A DNA stretch of 40,354 nucleotides from positions 1 through 40,354 of the IMG/VR virus record IMGVR_UViG_3300000756_000020; one strand, written 5' to 3'. Positions 34,930 through 40,354 of the stretch are shown one piece after another (within the stretch, counting starts at the first letter, position 1; each line of letters opens with the position of its first letter). The position numbers and the translations under genes are program-made. Origin of the DNA: a virus. Its lineage: Duplodnaviria; Caudoviricetes. Under the pieces are notes generated by a model that was given only the letters and a program-made list of their open reading frames with translations, made no database searches and was not told where the DNA came from.

Positions 34930-35152
34930 GAAAAAAACAGAAACAAAAACAAAGACTAAAGTTGAAAAAAGAGTTGCTACTCTTTCTACGGCAGAACTAC
35001 TTACTTGGACAGATCAAGTTCTTTATTCTGTTGGTAGAAATGTATCTGCTTGGCAAAAAAGCCAAGACAAGTACTCTCTGGAAGAAGCCCGCATGGGGGC
35101 AGAAGCCCTGCATGCAATCATGAATGCACTTACAGAAAGAACTTTAAAGTGA
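34919..35152 (+). CDS. small helical protein upstream of terminase
   Basis: MIFKKKTE...; stop overlaps the terminase GTG. Confidence 0.65.
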   Translation: MIFKKKTETKTKTKVEKRVATLSTAELLTWTDQVLYSVGRNVSAWQKSQDKYSLEEARMGAEALHAIMNALTERTLK

Positions 35153-36732
35153 ATGAAGAAGAAGATCTTGACAAACTAGACTTAGAGTACATGGACGAAG
35201 GCAGTGGCCCATTACCTGAGGACGAAGACGAAGATGAGCTTGATGAGCTGTCAAAAGAGTTTGTAAAAGCGCTTATAGATAAGATCATGCAGTTTATGGA
35301 AATGCTTGTAGGCCACGAGCTGCACCCATATCAAAAACCTCTTGCACGTAGAATTATTGAATCCATCATTATTAACGATGGCGAAGAAATCACAGCTCTT
35401 GCTTCACGTCAGTCAGGAAAGTCAGAGACCATTGCTAATACAGTGGCCACACTTATGGTTATCCTTCCACGCTTAGCACGCATGTACCCTGACCTATTGG
35501 CTAAGTTTGGTGATGGAATTTGGGTAGGAATGTTTGCGCCAGTTCAAAACCAGGTAGAAACATTGTACGCAAGAACAGTGTCCCGCCTTACTTCTGAACG
35601 TGCTATGGAACTGTTTGGTGATCCAGAGCTTGACGATATGCCTGCTAAAAATCCAGGGGTAACTAGAAACATTAAGCTTAAAAAATCTGGTTCTACACTG
35701 ATGATGATGACAGCAAACCCTAGAGCTAAGATTGAATCTAAGTCTTTCCACCTTATCATTATTGATGAGTGCCAAGAAGCGGACGACTTTGTAGTATCTA
35801 AGTCTATTGCCCCGATGGGTGCGTACTATAACGCAACTATGGTAAAAACTGGTACACCTACTACACACAAGAATAACTTTTATAGGGCAATCCAACTCAA
35901 CAAGCGTAGAGTTGCAGGCGGTAGAAACGTAAAACAAAACCATTTTCAATGGGATTGGAAAGATGTAGCTAAAGTTCAAGTTAACTATGAAAAGTTTATT
36001 AAGAAAGAGATGTTAAGAATTGGAGAAGACTCGGATGAATTCCAACTTTCGTACAACTGTAAGTGGCTTTTGGAACGAGGTATGTTCGTCACTTCTAACA
36101 TTATGGATGATTTGGGCGATACGTCCCAAGAAATTGTTAAAAGTTGGCATAGGTCTCCCGTCGTTGTTGGCGTTGACCCGGCTAGAAAAATGGATTCTAC
36201 GGTTGTTACTGTTGTGTGGGTTGACTGGGATCGTCCTGATGAGTTTGGCTATTATGATCATCGTGTCTTAAACTGGCTTGAGATTCAAGGAGATGACTGG
36301 GAAGAACAATATTTCCAAATACAGCAGTTTTTATCTAACTACGACGTACTTGCTATTGGTGTAGATGCCAACGGTGTAGGCGATGCAGTGGCCGGACGCT
36401 TAAAAGTATTAATACCAAGATCTGAAGTTATCTCAGTTACTTCAAGCCCATCAGAACAATCTAGACGTTGGAAGCACCTACAGGCACTTATTCAACGACA
36501 AATGGTATCTTGGCCTGCCCATGCTAAAACTCGTAGACTTCGTCTTTGGAAAAAGTTCTATCAGCAGATGACAGATGCTGAAGTAAAATACAAAGGGCCA
36601 AACTTTACAGTGGCCGCCCCTGATGAGGCCCATGCACATGACGATTTTGTTGATTCTTTAGCCCTAGCGTGCTCTTTAACCCAAGAGATGGTTATGCCTA
36701 CAGTAGAGGTTTCAGCTAGCCCGTTCTTTTAA
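35149..36732 (+). CDS. terL: terminase large subunit
   Basis: LHPYQ adenine-binding motif, SRQSGKSE Walker A, IIIDECQ Walker B, KTGTP, VGVDPA and HDDFVDS nuclease motifs. Confidence 0.93.
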   Translation: MNEEEDLDKLDLEYMDEGSGPLPEDEDEDELDELSKEFVKALIDKIMQFMEMLVGHELHPYQKPLARRIIESIIINDGEEITALASRQSGKSETIANTVATLMVILPRLARMYPDLLAKFGDGIWVGMFAPVQNQVETLYARTVSRLTSERAMELFGDPELDDMPAKNPGVTRNIKLKKSGSTLMMMTANPRAKIESKSFHLIIIDECQEADDFVVSKSIAPMGAYYNATMVKTGTPTTHKNNFYRAIQLNKRRVAGGRNVKQNHFQWDWKDVAKVQVNYEKFIKKEMLRIGEDSDEFQLSYNCKWLLERGMFVTSNIMDDLGDTSQEIVKSWHRSPVVVGVDPARKMDSTVVTVVWVDWDRPDEFGYYDHRVLNWLEIQGDDWEEQYFQIQQFLSNYDVLAIGVDANGVGDAVAGRLKVLIPRSEVISVTSSPSEQSRRWKHLQALIQRQMVSWPAHAKTRRLRLWKKFYQQMTDAEVKYKGPNFTVAAPDEAHAHDDFVDSLALACSLTQEMVMPTVEVSASPFF

Positions 36733-36822
36733 AAAATATACTTTAGGCCGACAAATGACTAAATAAAAGCGAGAATTATCCGTGAGGACCCTCAATCTCT
36801 AATCCTATAGGAGAAGCAAAAA

Positions 36823-37230
36823 ATGGCAGTAGAAAATATCGCACCAACACCTCAGTTCCCTGAGAAAGTTGGCGCAACTTACGAACGCAAGATGACACCT
36901 GCAACACCAGGACTTCGTGGTCCACTTCGCTTTGAAGAAGGTATTGCAACAGATACAGATGTCCCAAATGATTTTCAAGTTGGACTAGACCAGGGCTATG
37001 ACACTCCAGAAGGTCGTCCAAACCATAACGTAAATGTTATGGAGAAGTATGCTGATGAAACTATGCAGCAACGCGCACACGTAGGCTCAGCATCATGGGT
37101 AGAGGCACCAACTTACCTAAATGAGTTTGCTCAAGGCAACTTCGGAGATCATTCTGAGATTGTAATTGAAGAAGTAGTTCGTTCAGGTGGTCGTTATAGC
37201 CGCATGAACCCCGCTTCAGTGCTTGACTAA
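36823..37230 (+). CDS. hypothetical head-region protein
   Basis: 135 aa; AGGAG RBS; between terminase and portal. Confidence 0.8.
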   Translation: MAVENIAPTPQFPEKVGATYERKMTPATPGLRGPLRFEEGIATDTDVPNDFQVGLDQGYDTPEGRPNHNVNVMEKYADETMQQRAHVGSASWVEAPTYLNEFAQGNFGDHSEIVIEEVVRSGGRYSRMNPASVLD

Positions 37231-37306
37231 AAGTACGCTAGAATATACTGGTCTCCAGCTCTGTTACCCTTTCTCCAGAGCTGGAGACCTACTAGAAGGG
37301 TAGATC

Positions 37307-37573
37307 ATGGCACAGCCTAGCGATCCAGAGATGTACAACGCTCTCAGTAGAACAGCGCGTGCAAAGTATCCTTCACAAAGAACAAAGGGATTAAGCTATC
37401 AAGCAGCAAAATGGTTATCAGCAGAGTATGCACGCAATGGCGGAGGATACGTTGATTCTATTAAGCAAGTTGATCCTAAGAAAAGGGATTACAAGCAAGA
37501 AGCTTTAGATAAAGAAAAACGCAAAAAGCAAGAGCATAAGCGTGAAATGAAAAAACGAAACCTAGTAGTTTAA
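37307..37573 (+). CDS. basic hypothetical protein
   Basis: 88 aa; ARAKYPS...AKWLSAEYARNGGGY. Confidence 0.7.
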   Translation: MAQPSDPEMYNALSRTARAKYPSQRTKGLSYQAAKWLSAEYARNGGGYVDSIKQVDPKKRDYKQEALDKEKRKKQEHKREMKKRNLVV

Positions 37574-37606
37574 GTTGGGGGCAACTATGAAGTCAGGATG
37601 TAATCA

Positions 37607-39325
37607 ATGAGCGGTGGTATGGATTTTTCTCCTCCCAGTTATAGGGCGGCGTCGTCTGACTTAACCATCTCCATTTCACCACTAGGTTTAGTGGAACTTG
37701 CTGATGAAGAATTTGAAGTACACGGTCCACGTCTAAACCGTTACTCTATGAACTGGGCTATGTACCTAGGTCACCACTGGTCTTATCGCCGTGAAATTGG
37801 CGAAGCACAATTAGTATTTAATTATTACCGGGCATTTACAGATTTTATTTGTAACTTTACATTTAACCGCGGCGCACAATTCAGAAGCCCACTATCAACT
37901 GAGGCAGTGGTCCCAGACGTATTAAAGCGTGTGTGGGAAATTGATAACGATAAGCACGGTACTCTTTGGGAAATGGGCCAACAAGGCGGGGTATCCGGTG
38001 ACTGTTTTGTTAAGGTTGCATACGAAGAGGGCTTTGTAGACTCAGTAGGTCGACCACACGCAGGGCGTGTACGCGTACTACCACTTAACTCTTCTTTTTG
38101 TTTTCCAGAGTTCCACCCACACGACCGCTCACGCCTAATTCGTTTTAAGCTGAAGTATCGTTTCTGGGGTACTTCTGTAGAGGGCACACGTATGGTCTAC
38201 ACATACACTGAAATTTTGACTGATGACCGCATTGAAGAATATATCAATGACGAGCTTATTGACTCACGTCCTAACCCAATTGGCGTAGTGCCAGTTATCC
38301 ATATTCCTAACGTGCGTATTTCTGGATCCCCATGGGGACTTTCAGATTGCCACGACATCATTGCCCTTAATCGTAACTATAACGAGGTTGCAACAGATGT
38401 TGCAGACATTGTTAACTACCACGCAGCACCAGTTACAGTTATTACAGGAGCTAAGGCTTCAAGCCTCGAGAAGGGCCCTAAGAAGGTCTGGGGAGGCTTA
38501 CCCAAGGAAGCACAGGTATTCAACCTAGAAGGCGGCGGACAGGGCCTCCAGGGGGCTCTGGAGTACCTTAAAACGATCAAGGTATCAATGCATGAAATGG
38601 TTGGCGTACCTGAGTCAGCTCTAGGACAAGTTCAACCTATTTCTAATACCTCTGGCGTAGCTTTGGCTATTCAGTACCAGCCATTGATGGCACGTTACCA
38701 ACAAAAGACAATTCAATACGGAGAAGGAATTCAACGTATCAATGAACTTGTTCTTCTTACACTCGCATTTAAAGAACCAGAAGTATTTACATATAACCCA
38801 GAAGTTAATGGAAATATCAAGGCGGGTCAACTTCCTCAACTAGACCTATTGGATCCTATTACCTACCAATCAGTAGTTCATTTCCCACCTCCTTTGCCAC
38901 TAGATAAGCTCATCGTGCTGAATGAAATTCAACAAAAAATGAATTTGCAGCTTGAGAGCCGTGAAGGTGCGCTTCGCCAACTTGGCGAAGAATTTCCACA
39001 TGAAAAGCTGGAAGAGATTAGAGCAGAGCTTATTGCCGATGCTAAGTCTGATGGTGCACTTAACCTCATCAAACAACAGATCAACTCAGCTATCACTTCT
39101 TTAACTGGTATGATGCCGGATGGAACCCTACCTCCTGGAGCAGCTCCTGGAGATGGAATTGGTCCTGGACCTCTTGGGCAACCTGGAGTTATTACACCAT
39201 TTGAAGAGCAGACGTTAGCGCAGATGCAAACCGAGTTAGTTACTCAAGCGTACGGCACAAAACTTGCCCCACGTGACGTTTCAGGTGAGCAAGAAGATAG
39301 CCCTAACTCTGAGGAAAATAAGTAA
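37607..39325 (+). CDS. portal protein (SPP1 gp6-like)
   Basis: NYYRAFTD, GVSGDCFV, NPIGVVPVIHIPN...WGLSD, SNTSGVAL; position after terminase. Confidence 0.88.
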   Translation: MSGGMDFSPPSYRAASSDLTISISPLGLVELADEEFEVHGPRLNRYSMNWAMYLGHHWSYRREIGEAQLVFNYYRAFTDFICNFTFNRGAQFRSPLSTEAVVPDVLKRVWEIDNDKHGTLWEMGQQGGVSGDCFVKVAYEEGFVDSVGRPHAGRVRVLPLNSSFCFPEFHPHDRSRLIRFKLKYRFWGTSVEGTRMVYTYTEILTDDRIEEYINDELIDSRPNPIGVVPVIHIPNVRISGSPWGLSDCHDIIALNRNYNEVATDVADIVNYHAAPVTVITGAKASSLEKGPKKVWGGLPKEAQVFNLEGGGQGLQGALEYLKTIKVSMHEMVGVPESALGQVQPISNTSGVALAIQYQPLMARYQQKTIQYGEGIQRINELVLLTLAFKEPEVFTYNPEVNGNIKAGQLPQLDLLDPITYQSVVHFPPPLPLDKLIVLNEIQQKMNLQLESREGALRQLGEEFPHEKLEEIRAELIADAKSDGALNLIKQQINSAITSLTGMMPDGTLPPGAAPGDGIGPGPLGQPGVITPFEEQTLAQMQTELVTQAYGTKLAPRDVSGEQEDSPNSEENK

Positions 39326-39433
39326 TTTAGGCTGACAAATTAGCAATAATTTGAAAGGCTTATCCCAAACAATAACCGTAGGTCATCGTGGCATTAAATC
39401 GGACAACGACCTCTTAAACCTAAGGAATAACGC

Positions 39434-40210
39434 ATGTCAGAAACATCTAATCTAGTTGATAGTGCAGTGGCCCAAGAAGCATTTTTATCAGAAGCTAACC
39501 CAACACAAACAACTAACACAGTGCCCCAGACAAATCAATTTATTGAACAAAAGGGTTACTCAGAGCAAGACTTACAGCGAGTACGTGAACAAGAAAAATC
39601 TAAGCTTTATCCTCAAATCGATTCTCTTAAAGAAGAAATTAATCTTCTAAAGAAAGATCGTGAAGATCGCTTAGCTGAAGTTAACCGTATGGCTGAAGAA
39701 AAAGCAGCAGAAGCTAAAGCCGCAGCAGAAGCTGATATGGATGTTCGTTCTCTTCTTGAACAGAAGGAAAAAGAATGGGCAGAAAAATTAGCAGAAGAAA
39801 AGGCAGAGCGTGAGCGTGCTTTTACTCTTCTAGAACGTGAACGTCAATACTCAGAAGTTACTGCGTATCGTACACAGCGTTTAGAAGAAGAACGGGATAA
39901 TATTATCCCTGAGCTTGTAGATCTAATCTCAGGAAATAATCCCGAAGAGATAGAAGAAAGTATTACAGGACTACGTGAGCGCAGCTCACGAATCTTGGAA
40001 TCGGCGCAATCTGCAATGCAGAACGCTAGAAAAGAAATGACAGGCAGTAGAGTAACATCTCCTGCATCCGGACCTATGGACACTAACTCGGACCAACAAT
40101 CGTTTACATCGGAGCAGATTGCTTCTATGTCGGTTACTGAATACGCAAAATATCGAGAGAAGCTACTTGGAAGAGCAGCCTCTAATCGTAATAAGGGAAT
40201 CTTCGGGTAA
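39434..40210 (+). CDS. capsid scaffolding protein
   Basis: E/K/R/A-rich coiled coil between portal and capsid; C-terminal IASMSVTEYAKYREKLL. Confidence 0.8.
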   Translation: MSETSNLVDSAVAQEAFLSEANPTQTTNTVPQTNQFIEQKGYSEQDLQRVREQEKSKLYPQIDSLKEEINLLKKDREDRLAEVNRMAEEKAAEAKAAAEADMDVRSLLEQKEKEWAEKLAEEKAERERAFTLLERERQYSEVTAYRTQRLEEERDNIIPELVDLISGNNPEEIEESITGLRERSSRILESAQSAMQNARKEMTGSRVTSPASGPMDTNSDQQSFTSEQIASMSVTEYAKYREKLLGRAASNRNKGIFG

Positions 40211-40262
40211 AAGTTTACCTATTAAACCAACCTAACATATATGAACAAGGAGTAACACCGAC

Positions 40263-40354
40263 ATGGCATCAGCCGTAACAGGTACCGGCAATTTAGCCGC
40301 AGCACCTACAGCATACTCTGGCTCCAATAGCCAGCTAACACAAGCAATTCAGAC
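40263..40354 (+). CDS. 5' end of probable major capsid protein (truncated)
   Basis: AAGGAG RBS; MASAVTGTGNLAAAPTAYSGSNSQLTQAIQT; follows the scaffold gene. Confidence 0.7.
   Translation, partial: MASAVTGTGNLAAAPTAYSGSNSQLTQAIQ

Larger units (their letters stand above)
8652..39511. repeat. dispersed 12-mer CCAACACAAACA, 15 copies oriented with transcription
   Basis: Plus strand: 8652, 26783*, 39500. Minus strand (TGTTTGTGTTGG): 9911, 11386, 12430*, 14231, 15565, 16909, 17411*, 18053*, 18921, 19808, 20497, 21744. Asterisk = one mismatch. Confidence 0.9.

Noticed and set aside
34919-35152. Terminase small subunit call
   Set aside because: Position fits, but no recognisable motif supports it; left as hypothetical.
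6451-36732. Introns or inteins in nrdJ or terL
   Set aside because: Both frames are continuous and of normal length, with no intein splice motifs or LAGLIDADG insert evident.
1454-40083. Many antisense or out-of-frame ORFs in the track (e.g. 5261-6203, 11559-13214, 17410-17928, 22753-23255, 35494-36271, 37825-38187)
   Set aside because: Most are shadows of well-supported genes on the other strand or frame; those at 22753-23255 span the divergence gap. None has an RBS or recognisable motif.

Overview
A 40 kb piece of a large tailed dsDNA phage genome, almost certainly an actinobacteriophage. Evidence: WhiB, two DUF4192-like genes, an MSMEG_6728-type glycosylase, leaderless genes, and AT-leaning DNA that fits a low-GC freshwater actinobacterial host (inference). 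There are three blocks. (1) 1-8638 rightward: small basic/hypothetical genes, then a nucleotidyltransferase, Cys-rich peptide, degenerate HAD and TGT/DpdA-like gene, followed by class II RNR (nrdJ) and a hyper-acidic peptide. (2) 8707-22811 leftward: an early/host-takeover-like region (HicA-like, pyrimidine-dimer glycosylase, MoxR AAA+/VWA pair, WhiB, many micro-ORFs) with highly structured intergenic DNA. (3) 23162-40354 mostly rightward: two KTSC-like genes, Hsp20, an HslV/proteasome-beta protease, putative virion proteins, an ADP-ribosyltransferase-like gene, a leftward SLT lysozyme, terminase, portal, scaffold and the start of the major capsid gene. The most striking unexplained signals are non-coding: 15 copies of CCAACACAAACA always in the sense of transcription, three covarying copies of a small H-type pseudoknot just after stop codons, and long-range stems with competing hairpins between early genes. 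I found no tRNA, CRISPR array or integrase. All calls come from motif recognition by eye, without database searches.
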